Source: Klebsormidium nitens (lineage: Eukaryota; Plantae; Klebsormidiophyceae). From it: a stretch of DNA of 64,000 bases. Made by a program: the position numbers and the translations under genes. This document shows positions 36,701-49,407 of the stretch, in pieces. Position 1 is the first letter of the stretch. Every line of letters starts with the position of its first letter. The notes under the pieces are model-generated. The model saw only the letters and a program-made list of their open reading frames with translations, was not told where the DNA came from and searched no databases. The stretch lies in contig DF237294.1 in the NCBI GenBank assembly GCA_000708835.1, forward strand, positions 1 through 64,000. Reading direction: 5' to 3'.

Positions 36701-39700
36701 TGCTTGCCCTAGGCTAAACCGGATCGAAGTTCAGACTTACAGTTCGACATCCTGCTCAATGCCCCCGCGCGTCGTCGGCCACCAAGTATGCAACTTTGTC
36801 TTATTTTGCGTTCACCTCACGTGCAGGGGCTACCCTGTCTACGGCTTCTTCAGCGCTCGTGAGTGCTGCCCCCGCTTCTTTGCCCACAGCGCGTCACTGT
36901 CACCTGTTTCGCTGCCGGCCCCGCCCACGCACCCCGCCTAACCCGGCCCCCTTGTCGGCCAGCTGGGTCCCATCTCTGCTTGTTTCTCTCGATATGCCAC
37001 TTTCGATACTCTCTGCTCGAGCGACTCGGTACCGTTCTGATCCTGACTCGCTCCTGTCTCCCCGTGTGCAGCCATCATCCCCCCCGACAACGGCACTAAC
37101 ACGGCAGGAGGTCCGTCGCCCCTACCCCCCCTCGTGTTCTCCCCGCCGTTGTCTTCGCTGCCTGTCTCGCATCCCGTCCTGCTGCCGGCCTTCGTCCTCG
37201 GATGAGCTTCACTGGCACGACGGCTCCCGGCAGGCTCTGCGTCATGCGCCATTTGCCAGCTGTCACCGGTTGATTTGTCCTTGCCCTGCTCCTTCCGTCG
37301 GCTCCCCGTCTTCCTGCTGATCCGTCTCTGTGCCGCTGCTTGTGGCAGCCATCACGCCGCACAAGGTCAACTACGGCATCAAGACGAGCGCCGACTCGAC
37401 CGGCTTCGACCCGGTGACGTACCCGCCCGGCTTCCAGTCCACGCTCAACAGCAGCACCGACCTGCAGTACATGAACGCCTCCTTCCAGTACCGCATCCCT
37501 CTCAGACCCTTCCTCGGCACCATTGGTGAGCGCGCGCGTCACCGCTTGCACACTGCGGCCACGGCAAGTGTCGTGCCCGGGGTCGGGCCGCAGCTCGGAA
37601 TGAGAACGGCCATAAATCAGAGATTTACACTTAGGTCAGAATTGTCGGAACGAGGCAGCCAAGTTCGAGGTTGCCCGGTCCGCCTCCCTGACCGCTGCGC
37701 GCGTGGCCGTGTGCAGGCGTGACCCCGTCCAACGCGGCCAACTACATCAACGGCGCGCCCAATGGTGAGCTGCCCCACCCCGACGTGCTGCCGTACGGCG
37801 GCTACCCGGTACACGTTGCCCCGCACACAGTCGCGTCTTCAAAGGTCGTCAGATGCAGTTGAGAAAATGCAACCGAGCTGGGGTGTCTTGGCTGCGATCG
37901 ACTCGGTCATCATTCCGGCCTGGCAGGTGTTTTAAGTCACCGCCATTGCTGCTGTGCAGGCACGCTGGGCGCGGCTACCACCGCGCCATCCCGCTTCGGT
38001 GGCAACATGGTGAGAAGCGACGCGACACAAAGCTAGAGCGCGCTGCTTCGAGCCGGCGCATACAAGCACAAACTGGACCACCCGCTTTTGCCCTTTCTGA
38101 AAACCTCGGTCTGAAGGTCTCTGGTGCAAGCTGCTACCGATGTCTGTTGCATCCTGTTGTATCGGGCGTTCCTCTCACGCTGGCTTACTCCGTTGCGTGC
38201 CAGGACAACTGGCGCGTCGGCGCGGGGTCCACGCTGTACGTGCGCGTGGAGGTGCCCGGTGAGGAGACACGCCGCCGCACACACCGCGCTGCCAGCATCA
38301 AATTCAAAGGCACTGCAGATTTTCAGCTGCTGCGTTCCTTTCGAGCCTGCTTTACTATTGTTGAAACAATCTGCAACATGCTGAAGCTTTTCTTCTCTTC
38401 TTCTGCAGGTGCCAACTTCTTCTTCGGTGGTAAGTCCTCAACACGTCCTTCGGTTACGTCGCCCTTGCTTCGAAATTTTCAACGCTCTGCAGACAGTCCG
38501 GTAACATCGTGCGCGCTTCCGCTTCGCCTCGTCCGTGGCCGTTGCGCCAGGTCGACGCTCAGCTGTTGCACTTCTTGCTCTGCATCCGTCCTGCCTCCAG
38601 CGTCGTCGTGTCCTCCCGTAGTCGCTCACGCCTCGCTTGCTTGCCGTGCCCGCAGACTGCCACACGGCGCAGGGCGACTCGGAGATCTCGGGGACGGCCA
38701 TCGAGACGTCGCTGACGGCGGTGTACCGCCTCACCACGCTGCCCGCCGCCACGCTGCCGGCCGCCCTGCAGAACTTGAGGTGCGCCCGCGCGGCACGCCC
38801 GCCCAGTGCCACAGCTTTTGCCAGTTTCTGGTCCTTGATTTCACCCGTTCGCAAGAGTAGGCACTGCACGATCTTCTTTGAGCTGACTTGAGTTAAGGCC
38901 CTATTTTCCGGCACTTTGTTTGGTTCCGTTACTGACGCTGGTGTGTTGATTTTGCAGCTTCCCCATCCTGGAGACCGCCGATGCGATCGACATTCAGGGC
39001 TTTGCGGTGAGCCCAACGCCGGTGACAAACTGGACCCCAGTTGAAAAGATCTCGGCGCAAGTGCTTCTTGGATGTCGTATTCTACTCTTGTTTCGCCAGC
39101 CATTTCTGCGATTTCTGAGGCCCCCTAAGTAACTTACCAGTCCGTCTACCGCGTGCGCCTGCTGCCTCACCCCGCCTCCCCCCTCCTGCTTGCCCCGCAG
39201 TTAAACAACTATCTGGACGAGCTGCCGGTGCCGTCCCAGATCGCGACGGCGGGCGGCCGCAGCGTTGACGCGGCGCTGGCGCACGCGTACCAGAACGTGC
39301 GCGACTTCCTCGTCAAGGGATTCGCCATGCAGGTCAGCGCCGCCCGCCGCCCGCCCAACCCACCACAGCGCGCCGCTGCAGCGCACCTGAGCCGGGCTTT
39401 GTTTCGTGGCCACGGCCCCGTTTTGTGAGAGAAGCGTCGTTGCTGTTGCAAACCTCAGACGAGGTTCCTCTCACGCCCGAGGCTGATGTCGCCGCTGTGC
39501 GTGTGCAGGAGCGCGAGGCGCTGTCACTCATCAGCACCGGGGTGGACTTCGGCGTCACCCAGGTAAGCACGCCGGGGCCAGAGTGGGCCTTGGCAGCGAC
39601 ACCTGGAGGTTTCGAGATGCTTGGGAGCCTTTCCTTCTAGCTCTAATTCTGCTTCAATTGTCAAAGAGCATTTAGGAAAGCATTGTTGATCACTGGGGCC

Positions 39701-40166
39701 TACTCTCGGCTGACGGGGTCGTCGGCGCCGCAGGTGGTGGACAGCAACTTCGGCGTGCACGCCAACCTGCGCAAGTCCATCTTCAGCGCCAAGCCCGCCA
39801 CCACGCCCGCCGGCCTCTTCACCGGGCCCGCCTCCCGCAAGCTCAAGGGACAGGTAAGTGTCCCGCGCCGCGATTGTCCTCCAAATTTGTTCGCAAGAGT
39901 GATAGAACTCAGCTCCGACGCCGCGATTGTGCGTCGTGCTGGCACCCCCGCACTTCCTTTTATTCTTTCCCCCGATCTTGTGCTGTGCTCCTGCCCGAGT
40001 GTTGTGCTCGCTTCGCTGTGATTCTGCCGTGCCTGGCGGGCTGCCGTCCTTGTGGCGGGCCTGGTGTGCCTGACGCGGGGGGCTGACTCTCGTGCAGGGC
40101 GGCGAGGTGGAGGAGGAGGCCATGGACCTGCTCAGCCTCCTGAAGCGGTTCGAGGCCAAAAAGTAG
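33778..40166 (+). CDS. Acetamidase/formamidase-family protein with N-terminal signal peptide, >20 exons including microexons
   Basis: Starts MAPRCSRAALLVLLVAAVLAPAAA. Spliced motifs: VQSGDTI, GGHIITGPTAVCGAQPGDVLKIEIL, RIPLRPFLGTIGV, PSRFGGNMDNWRVGAGSTLY, FFGDCHTAQGDSEISGTAIETS, LISTGVDFGVTQVVDSNFGVHA..KSIF. Stop TAG at 40164-40166. Microexons between 34500 and 35620 are uncertain. Confidence 0.9.
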
Positions 40167-41092
40167 AGCGGACGAAGCCCGGGGAGGGTCCGCCGCGCTG
40201 CCTTGCAAGACGAAGAACTGGGCGTGGTGTAGACAAGAATTTCGGAGGTGCATTTTTTGAAAAACCGTGTTGGTGTACGTAATTCTAAGTAAGGGTTAAG
40301 TTGCTAGTCCTGGGTATGCCGTTGCGTGTTTTCCTGCATGGGGATTTCTGACGAGAATTCTGGATGACGTACTCCTACGGTCACTCCGAAGGTTCGCTCC
40401 GGCATCCATCAATGCAGGCACCCAAGACGTAGGTTTAGATAGTTTGCGTCTCAAGCGTTGCGTCGTGCGTCCAACTTTCTGGCCACCCGATTGTGCAGTC
40501 CCACACACACATTTTAAGAGTTTCGGAGGGCCGAAAGTGACGTCTTTTGTTGAAACGATCATAGATCTTGAAACTTGCTGCAGAAGACCTTGCTAAAACT
40601 CATTTATTGAGGTATGGCCTTTCCCCAATTCCGAAACCTTTACAAACACGCGTTGTGTCAGCCACTCGCGGTCTAAGAAATATGGAGGGCACGGGGCGTA
40701 TGTTTGTGAATGCAAGCGCAATACGTATATACATCCTTGACCCGTGCAGGCATATCCTGTACTTAGTTCACCGGTCAATGAGACATGATTGAAAACACGT
40801 GCAATTCAAGTTGCGCGACCTCAGCATGTGAAGATATACGTCTTCTGCTTTGGATCTTGCATATTGTATCGCAGAAGCTACATGAAGTTCATTTCCGACT
40901 GAAGAGTACGCGATGTGGTGAAATACTGGTGAGGTGTTGATGTAGCTGGGAGCTAGTACTACGGAGTTACTCGATTGATTGCATATAAATGGGAGCCGTT
41001 TCAGCCGCAGCTTTCAAATCATAAGGAATTACACCTCCTGTCTGACCATATGCCGCATCTAGAAAGCGTTTTTATCAACGTAAAACTGGGTT

Positions 41093-41288
41093 TGAACAGT
41101 CTGGCACACCGGGCTGATCAGCTGCAGCACCGGGACTAGCACACCGACAAACGAAAGGGGAATCCTCGCCCCTTCCGCAGCGGATGGCCGGGTTCGAGAA
41201 TCGAACACACGACCTTTCGGTCCAACCCCTTTTAGTGTGCTAGGTTAAGCACGACGCTCAACCAACTGAGCTAGCCCGAGGAGGCACA
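41093..41288 (-). mobile_element. tRNA-derived SINE-like insertion (tRNA-Ile-like head at 41185-41280), not a canonical tRNA
   Basis: The minus strand reads TAGCTCAGTTGGTTGAGCGTCGTGCTT...AAGGTCGTGTGTTCGATTCTCGAACCCGGCCA with intact A and B boxes, a ~25-nt insert after the anticodon position, and poorly pairing acceptor and T stems. It is flanked by the exact direct repeat AACGTAAAACTGGGTT (41077-41092, 41289-41304). Confidence 0.65.
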
Positions 41289-41685
41289 AACGTAAAACTG
41301 GGTTGACTTTGATCCCTAACAGAGCCAGCCTGCTTGGCAGTATATAAATCTTCTGAAAAGTGTCCATGGCCGGAATGACCGACTGCATTTCGATCGCCGA
41401 CAATGTATCAGCTTCGTTTGGTACAATTGGGCCGGGCGGACTGGCTGAGCGCTCCCGCAGTTGCGGTATGGGCACATGATACTGGAGTACTGTCAGATGC
41501 ACACTGTGTCTGTTCAAAGTTGGCCTTGCTCAAGTTTGGCCGTATCGACGACAACGTCCTCGAGGTACCCTTTCGCCGTTTCACCTGTTCAGAATCCGTC
41601 AGCAGACCACTTGAGTCTGGCGCTGCCGTAGTGTCTGTCGTTCCAGCTGAGCCCAGCGCTTCGAGGGGCTTTGCCTCCCCCGGCC

Positions 41686-44600
41686 TCATGGCCATCGATT
41701 GGAGTGCGACACCATCATCTGTATCCGCTTGGTTTCCGCGAACCTGTCCGCCCCCTTCTCCCCTTTCTTGGGCGACCCGCTCGCCGCCGGCTTGCCCTCG
41801 TCGCCGGCCTTTCCCCGCCCACCCGCCCGCCCGAGCACGGCCGCCTTGTGCGGGCTGTTGCTGTCGTACAGCCGGGCATACCCGCCGCCGCCGCTGCCCG
41901 CCCCCGGCGACCCCTCCTCGCCGCCCTCGTCGGCGGCCGCCTTCCGGCCCCGCCCGCCCGCGGCCTTCTCCTGCGACCCCAGCTCCGGCTGCGCCTTGCT
42001 GCTCCGGGGCGAAATGGCCGGCAGCTTCACCGTGCCCGCGCCACCAGTTTGGAGCGAGCCGGGGGGCGCCTTCCGCCCGGGCGGATGAGCAGAGCCTGCA
42101 ACGGCGTCGCAAGTGTCGTAAACACGCAGACTCCAATCGCTCCTCTTGACAATATTCCCCTCCTTTTGGCATGCCTTGCAACGCTCGTTCACACCGGGGA
42201 GCTTACACGACCTCGGTCAATGACTTAGGGCTCACATCCCAGGTTCGACCGCTTTCCCGGCCCTTTCGCAAGTTATCGAGCATTTACAAAGCTAGCAATA
42301 GTCCGCTTGATCCGTGCCTCTCCTGCTGGTCTCTTTGTTTCTCACCTCCCGCCCCGGCCGGTCCTGCGTGCGTCCTGCCCCCCGGTGGCGCTGCCCCGTT
42401 GGGCGCGGGGTTGCTGCTCTGCGGCGGCGGCGCTGTGCGGTAGGCGGCCTGGTCGGTCATGCGCAGGTTGTGGCTGCGCTGCAGGGAGTAGTCGATGGCG
42501 CCGCGCAGCTCCATGTCGATCTCGCGCCCGATGTACAGCTTCTCCACCAGCGCGTCCATCTTCTCCTTGGTCATGTCCAGCTCGCGCTTGCGGTCCAGCA
42601 CCTCGTTCTTCGCCTCGCGGATGGACGTCGCGGCCGCCTCCGCCTGCCCGCGCCACTTCTCCATCTCCACGTGCATCGTGCGCGTGCGGCTCTCCAGCTC
42701 CACGCGCAGCCGCTCGATCTCCGCGCCCATCTTCAGCATCTGCACCGCCGCCACGCCGCGCGTCAGGGAGCCGCCCAGGAGACGGCCACGCGACCACAAA
42801 CTGCGAGGTCTCGCAACGGATCGCAACGGCTATTGTGACCTTCCCCTCTTCAGGATAAGGGTGTCGGTAAACCTGTTGACCAAACATGCTTCGACGAAAA
42901 GAAGACCTGCTACAAAGGTGGCCTGGGAGCAAAGTGGACTTGCGGTTCAGCCGAGTCCTTCTACAGACCAGCGCTGGCTCTGACATCGACTCAGAGCGTG
43001 CAGCCGTGTGGCACGGTGCTTGAGCAATGCCGCAGCGCTGACCACGGCATGGTGCTCCGCTTCGGCCTTAAGGCGAGCGAGCTGCTCCGCGTTCTTGGCG
43101 GCCTCCTCGGCCTTGTTCACGGCGGACGCCAGCCGCTTGTTCTCCGCCGCCAGGCCCGCCAGCTGCTTCTCCGCGTACTCCTTCTCCGCCGCCAGCTCCG
43201 CGCGCTCCGCCTCCAGGGCCGCCACGCTCTCCTGCACGCCACTCACGCGGACCGCGGCCTCCTCGGCGCTGCACGCACGACGATGCGGAACAAAGCTAAG
43301 GACGGATCTATCAATCTACCTCAAGACCATTTGAGTGACCTACCGTTTCCCCATGAACAAGAGTCGTGTTTCCGAAGTTTGGGCTGGGGCTTTCAACCCA
43401 CAGCCAAAGATCTGCTTCATATGTACAGATCGGAACGTGGACACGTATGGCGTTGCGCTACATAAGTAGAAAAGAGCACCCGGCACAACTGGGCCAGCCA
43501 GCTGCCAGTGCACCCCATGCCGGGGTGGGCGAGGCTCACTGTACGAGGCGCTGATTCTTCTGCTCCAGGCGCTCCCACTTGTCCGCATAGTCCTGCATCG
43601 CGCGCCGTGCCTCGTCGAGGCCCTCCTCGGCCATGCGGCGCGCGGCCTGGCTCTCCTTGAAGTGCTTCTCAATGAGTACCATCATGTCCTCCAGCTCGAG
43701 CCGCGTCGCAGCCTCGGTCTCCGCCTGGCAAGCAAGCAGCGGGCGAGATGAGTTGGAAATTGGTGTGGAGGAGAGCTGATTCCGAGTGCGAANNNNNNNN
43801 NNNNNNNNNNNNNNNNNNNNNNNNNNNNNNNNNNNNNNNNNNNNNNNNNNNNNNNNNNNNNNNNNNNNNNNNNNNNNNNNNNNNNNNNNNNNNNNNNNNN
43901 NNNNNNNNNNNNNNNNNNNNNNNNNNNNNNNNNNNNNNNNNNNNNNNNNNNNNNNNNNNNNNNNNNNNNNNNNNNNNNNNNNNNNNNNNNNNNNNNNNNN
44001 NNNNNNNNNNNNNNNNNNNNNNNNNNNNNNNNNNNNNNNNNNNNNNNNNNNNNNNNNNNNNNNNNNNNNNNNNNNNNNNNNNNNNNNNNNNNNNNNNNNN
44101 NNNNNNNNNNNNNNNNNNNNNNNNNNNNNNNNNNNNNNNNNNNNNNNNNNNNNNNNNNNNNNNNNNNNNNNNNNNNNNNNNNNNNNNNNNNNNNNNNNNN
44201 NNNNNNNNNNNNNNNNNNNNNNNNNNNNNNNNNNNNNNNNNNNNNNNNNNNNNNNNNNNNNNNNNNNNNNNNNNNNNNNNNNNNNNNNNNNNNNNNNNNN
44301 NNNNNNNNNNNNNNNNNNNNNNNNNNNNNNNNNNNNAAGATAATTGTCGAGGAGCATCCTCGAACACGCCTGGTACGTCACCGAGTCAATGAAAAAGTGA
44401 AGAACAAGCTGTCGGAAGGACAAAACAGGGACTGCGAAGAACGATGCGAACTATCAGTTGCTGCAATGTGTCCAATTTGTATCTCTCAAAGCTTTTGATA
44501 AGACGAAGACGTTCCAAGAATTAGTAAGCCATGGAGGCTCAATCACAAGATGAGCTCTCGTCATAATGGACAGCGACAACAGACTTTTTCGGCTCTGCTT

Positions 44601-45829
44601 CCGAACTTCGTTGCTTAGTTTCTCACTTTATCCTTGTCGTCATTCAGTCTCACTGTTTGAGCTGGGGTTAACATCTATAGAACCAGTGGTAACTTTAGTC
44701 CTGCTTGTGTGGAGCAGCACAATCAACCTCACTTTGGGCGGACGTCTTTTGCCCAGTGTACTTCCACACTGTTACGCGTTTTTGAAGAGTCGCACTCAAT
44801 CTGCTGATTCTCTTCAGTATTCAAAGACCAAGTTCGTATCAAGATATCAAAGGGTAAAGTCGCTGTTCAATCTTGAACATGATCATTTTGACACGTCTCC
44901 CTCGTCGCCCACTGGCTGAGAGTCTACCTCGGCTACCAGAAACGACAACCAAAAGGAGCCCAACAGCCAGACAACTCAATGCTTGCCACACAAGCCCTCG
45001 TCCAGCCCAGAGATACGTTGGGTTCGCGCACCTGCTCCTGTGCCTCCTGCAGCTGTTTCCTCAGCCCCTCCAGCTGCGCCTCTGCCTCCTCGCGCTTGCG
45101 CCGCTCCTCCTCCAGCAGCTCTTCCACGCTCTTGGGGGCACCCGCCACCTCATCGCCCATTCCTGTGTCGCTTCCGCTCTCTGCCATGCTGCTTGAGGTC
45201 TGCTCTGCCCCCTCCTCCGCTTGTGGTGTTCCTTCCTCCGCTTCCCCCGCCGCTGGCTGCTGGCCTGCTTGGAGGCGCTGCTCCAGGAAGGGCAGGCTGC
45301 CCTCCTCGGGGAGGTGGCTCAGGGCCGCCTCCAGTGGGATGGACCCCGCATCCGCCGCCTCAGCCACCAGGTCCGGCGGCAGCGCCTCCTCATCCACGCC
45401 CTTCTGCTCTCCATCAGAAGATGTGGTTTCGTTGACAGCATTCCTGGATCCATCTGTAGCCCACATGACTCCACCCAAGTTTTCCTTGTCGATGGGAACG
45501 TCTCCCGGTTCTGCAGCCAGCTCCCCCTCTTTGGCCCCCTTCTCGCCCACAATCTCCTCCTCCATGGGTAACCCCGCGTTGGCTGCGTCAGCGGGCATGC
45601 CTTTCTCTTCACCACCCAGCTCAGGCGCTGCTGTGTCCACTGCATCCGTCCCAGGCGTTGTGGCAATGTCAGGTGAGAGAAGGTCAGCCTGTCCTGAGGT
45701 GGCTTCCGCAGCGTCAGGGAGAGCAATCTGATCAGCCCCGACATTCTCTTCACTTGCTTCCACAAGTGCGGGCCCAGGGACCGAAGCTTCACCACTCTCC
45801 AGATCCTGCTCTGCAGAGGGCCCCTCCAT
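41686..45829 (-). CDS. Uncharacterised coiled-coil protein with acidic N-terminus and Gly/Ala-rich C-terminus; spans an assembly gap
   Basis: Long acidic first exon from 45829 (EEERRKREEAEAQLEGLRKQLQEAQEQ then a GT donor). Phase-compatible heptad-rich exons follow near 43730-43540, 43270-43030 and 42740-42345. The last exon probably ends at 41686. Confidence 0.7.
43793..44336. other. Assembly gap (N run)
   Basis: Run of N inside the coiled-coil gene. Confidence 1.
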
Positions 45830-46542
45830 CTTGTCAGCTCGTTAGATTGCTTCGTGCGGCCTCTGGTGATGTTCCTTGTTGCAGCCGAAGTTGCTTTGGA
45901 GAAGTCCAGCTTCTTGGCCAGGCTGCAGTTCTGAGCCTAGGTGCTGCTGACGGGCTCACATTCCTACCTCCTGACGTTGAAAAGAGTATTACAGGTGCTG
46001 TGATGCTGATGCAGCTGTAGGTAGGTATACGGTTTAGCTAGAGAGTGGAAGTGGAAATGAAGCTTTGTACTTGAGCCTCAGAGTCATGGGCTAGCTACTT
46101 CACTTTTCGCAAGTCTACAATGCAAAAGAACCAGCATGTATCCTATTAGGTAGTTTAGGACTATAGCATCATGTGCGACGTCCTAATCGTACGAAGATGT
46201 GGAGCGCGCGCGGAGTTGTGAGGAGCCCCTACAAATCGTCCGATGATAATAACTAACGGCGGAGATGGTCTGATGCGATCCAGTATAAGCAAGGCCTGGC
46301 AGCAAGAGTACTCGGTGCACGCATAGACTCCTGGTATTCGACTTCTGTCCGAGTATTGGCGCTTCCTGATTGTCTGCCATGACACCTCAATTGAGCGCAG
46401 TTGTTTGAAGCGCATGGAGATTCCAATGCTGTGCCTGTTGACTGGAAGGAGACAGCACGCCATGGCCTCTGCGTAAGGAACGTGCGTGGAGCCTGAGCAG
46501 CTCCTTCAAGCTTTTCAAGAATCTGCTTGGCAGCCTAGCACA

Positions 46543-48090
46543 ATGGAAGGCAAGAGAGAAGCTGAGCAAGTGAGCGTCTTTGTATCGAAATACAAGGAAA
46601 AAGCCGCTCTCAACCAGTACTGGTACTCGCCAAAGACAATTGAGGTCATTGTGAAGGTGAGGTCAGTAGCGTCCAAGAACCAGTGCAGTCTTTCGAGAAA
46701 TCACAGATTGAGCTCCGTAACAGCTTGCTTGGAGCTTTGGCAGCGGTACTAGAAAGTGGTATCCCCTTCAATTGCAAAAGTTCGTGTAGGATCTTTCAAG
46801 GTGCTCTCTCGGTCCTCGAGCTGTCAGTGCGCTGCCTGCAACTGATACAACAGGTCTCACTATAGTCCAAACATGATGCGTATGCACTTTTCTCAAACTG
46901 AGAGAGTCGATGGATCCGCAGACGCTGCACCATGCAACCAACCGGTGTTGTGCTTGTTCCTTCGTGGGCGATGAGTGCCTTTTCAATGACCTGTATTTTC
47001 TCCTGACCATTTTGCAGGAGGTAGAGCTGGTGGCCAAGAAGGTGGCTTTCCTATCCACTCCAAGCATCTATTTCTCGCTAAGCGATGCTGCCATCAAGAA
47101 GGAGAGCTATGTCTTTGATGTAAGGGATCCTGTCTGGCTAGAATTCAGGGAGTGGTGTGACTTTGCCATGAGGTGCCATGTACCAGGAAGTATGCTTTCC
47201 TTGAAACTGTATTCAACCTCCAACAGAGCACGTTCGTTGTATTGCTTTCAGGTATAGCTACTGGTGAAGCTATGAGACAAATGACTAGGATGTGAGATCG
47301 GACGATGGTGCCCGTTCCTGCTCCAGAAGGATACAAAAGGGGTATCGTGCAAACGGCCGTACAATCAAACCAATACTGAATTCAAGTTTCGGGTAAAAAG
47401 CAGACTTGCAAATTCAGTTGGAGGCATCCTTCAAAAGCTGGTACAAATTTGTCCTCGAGATCAGTTTTCTCCGGCTTCAGCCTGACATCGTGGTCATCTG
47501 CTCGCTGCAGCTGGATACCCAGTTTGCATGTGGGAGTAATTTCGTGCAGTACGACTTCAACAAACCCACGGATATTCCCACGTCCCTGTGGCACAGCTTC
47601 GATTGCGTTGTCATTGATCCTCCGTTCATCACAGCCGACGTCTGGAAGAAGTATGGGGCAACGGTAACAGCACTGCTCAGACCTCAAGGTATGATCACCC
47701 CACTGATTATATTTGTCCTGACTGTTCGTCAAAACTTGCTACTTCACTGAGGGTTCTTTTTCTTCAAAGGGTTCTTCTGCTGCAAGAAACACTGGATGCA
47801 AGCCAGGATCACGACTGCCGTGTGCATCTACCTACGCTTTCCTGACCTTGAAGAACTGTGTTCGAGCCCCGTACAACAAGCAAATCTGTTCAGGCACGTG
47901 AATGTCGAATTTTGCAGGCAAGATCATTCTGACAAGCACGCACGAGAATGCCGAGCTTCTGCACTCGCTTTTCGCAGTGACGCCCCAGTTGTTCTCCCCC
48001 TCCGTCCCCCACTTGGTTTACCAATACCGTCTGTATTGCAACTATCCCTCTACGTTCTTTTCTGAGCCTAATCCTGAGATTGGGGACTAG
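46543..48090 (+). CDS. EEF1AKMT1: eEF1A lysine methyltransferase 1 (N6AMT2/Efm5 family), 4 exons
   Basis: Exons 46543-46656, 47018-47119, 47511-47688, 47918-48090. Motifs: LNQYWYS..TI, VAFLSTPSIY, FVQYDFNKP, FDCVVIDPPF, GKIILTS and YRLYCNY. Confidence 0.9.
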
Positions 48091-49407
48091 CTCATGAATA
48101 ACCCGTATGTAGAAGTGGAATCTGTCAGCGGATTGTTTCCACATTCATGATCCTGCTTCAGCGTGCAGTGCAGTAGAATCACATGAGAGGGTAGAAAATG
48201 TTTATAGCTGGAAGGTCTAGCTTACGAGCTGAAGGCAGAGCAGTGACATGCCGAAAAATCCAGAATCAACCTAGAGTTAAGCTGATTGATCTGCTCCACG
48301 ATCTTGCAATGTGCTGATCGACCTTGAGTTTTGCTAGGAATCTAGACGGTCACACTTCAAGGATCACAAAGATACATGTGCAGTCTACTCTGCATTTAAT
48401 CATCCAATTTCGACCAGATCCAACATGCTGTGCAATTCGCTGCCAGGAGCGATCACGTGAGGAATGCTACGCATAGGTCGCACAATTATACTAGCTAATC
48501 ATGAACCCTATCGCGATGGTCTCTTTTCACACGCCGTAGCCAGTGCGGCCATAGGCTTCTCATGGCATACAATCGATACAATCGATCCGACATTGTTATT
48601 TCAAGTTTAGATATTGAGATCGATGGCCGGACTGAGATTGGGTCTCATACACAAAGTTGCACGATCAGACAAATGCAGCGTGCTGCGGCAGGCTCGGCTG
48701 CGCACGCATGCCTGTCACTTGCATGCATATGTGTATACCTAAATTTGTGCACTGTACATAGCCGGCTGTGGCTACAAGTCATTACTGCGCGTCCGGACGG
48801 TACCTGGATGAAGGTGCTTAGTTGAGGTCCGACGAGCAAGCGCGCCGTTGCATGAGCCAACATGTACATGATCAATGTAAGTGCCATGAAGCTACTTAAG
48901 AAGATGGCGGCATATGGGTCGATCGTGTTCCTGAGAGCTTGGGAGCGGTGCTCAGAGTCTAGTTTACGACGTGCATCTATCCGGGAGCACCCAATTGGCG
49001 AGATTGATTGGACACAACGTCTACCTTCACGTGTTTGAGAACAAGAACCCGTACAGTTACCGTAGCAAGACTTGTGACCACCTTGTCAGACTGCCCAAAT
49101 AATGCATGAAGCTTTAGCCGTATAGAAGCCTCGTGGTTGTTCAAGGCCAATACTTTCGATTGAGGATACTTCTGCGGACTGGGCTAATTCTTCCGGATCT
49201 CTGAGGCATGATCTCAAGAACCAGTCAACACGTTCACGGTGCCTCAACCGATTCATTCTTAACAACTGCTTTTCCAGTTAATCGAGCTTAATTACCTGCA
49301 AAATCTCGGAAACTCTCCGCAGCGCAGAGGCTGGGTCACCTCCAAAGTTCGACCTCATTGTCATCGTGGCCTCATGAGCCGATTAATGCATGAGCTATTC
49401 GTATTTG

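Noticed and set aside
41185-41280. Functional intron-containing tRNA (apparent UAA anticodon)
   Set aside because: The acceptor, anticodon and T stems pair poorly and the body is tRNA-Ile-like, so it is treated as a SINE or pseudo-tRNA.
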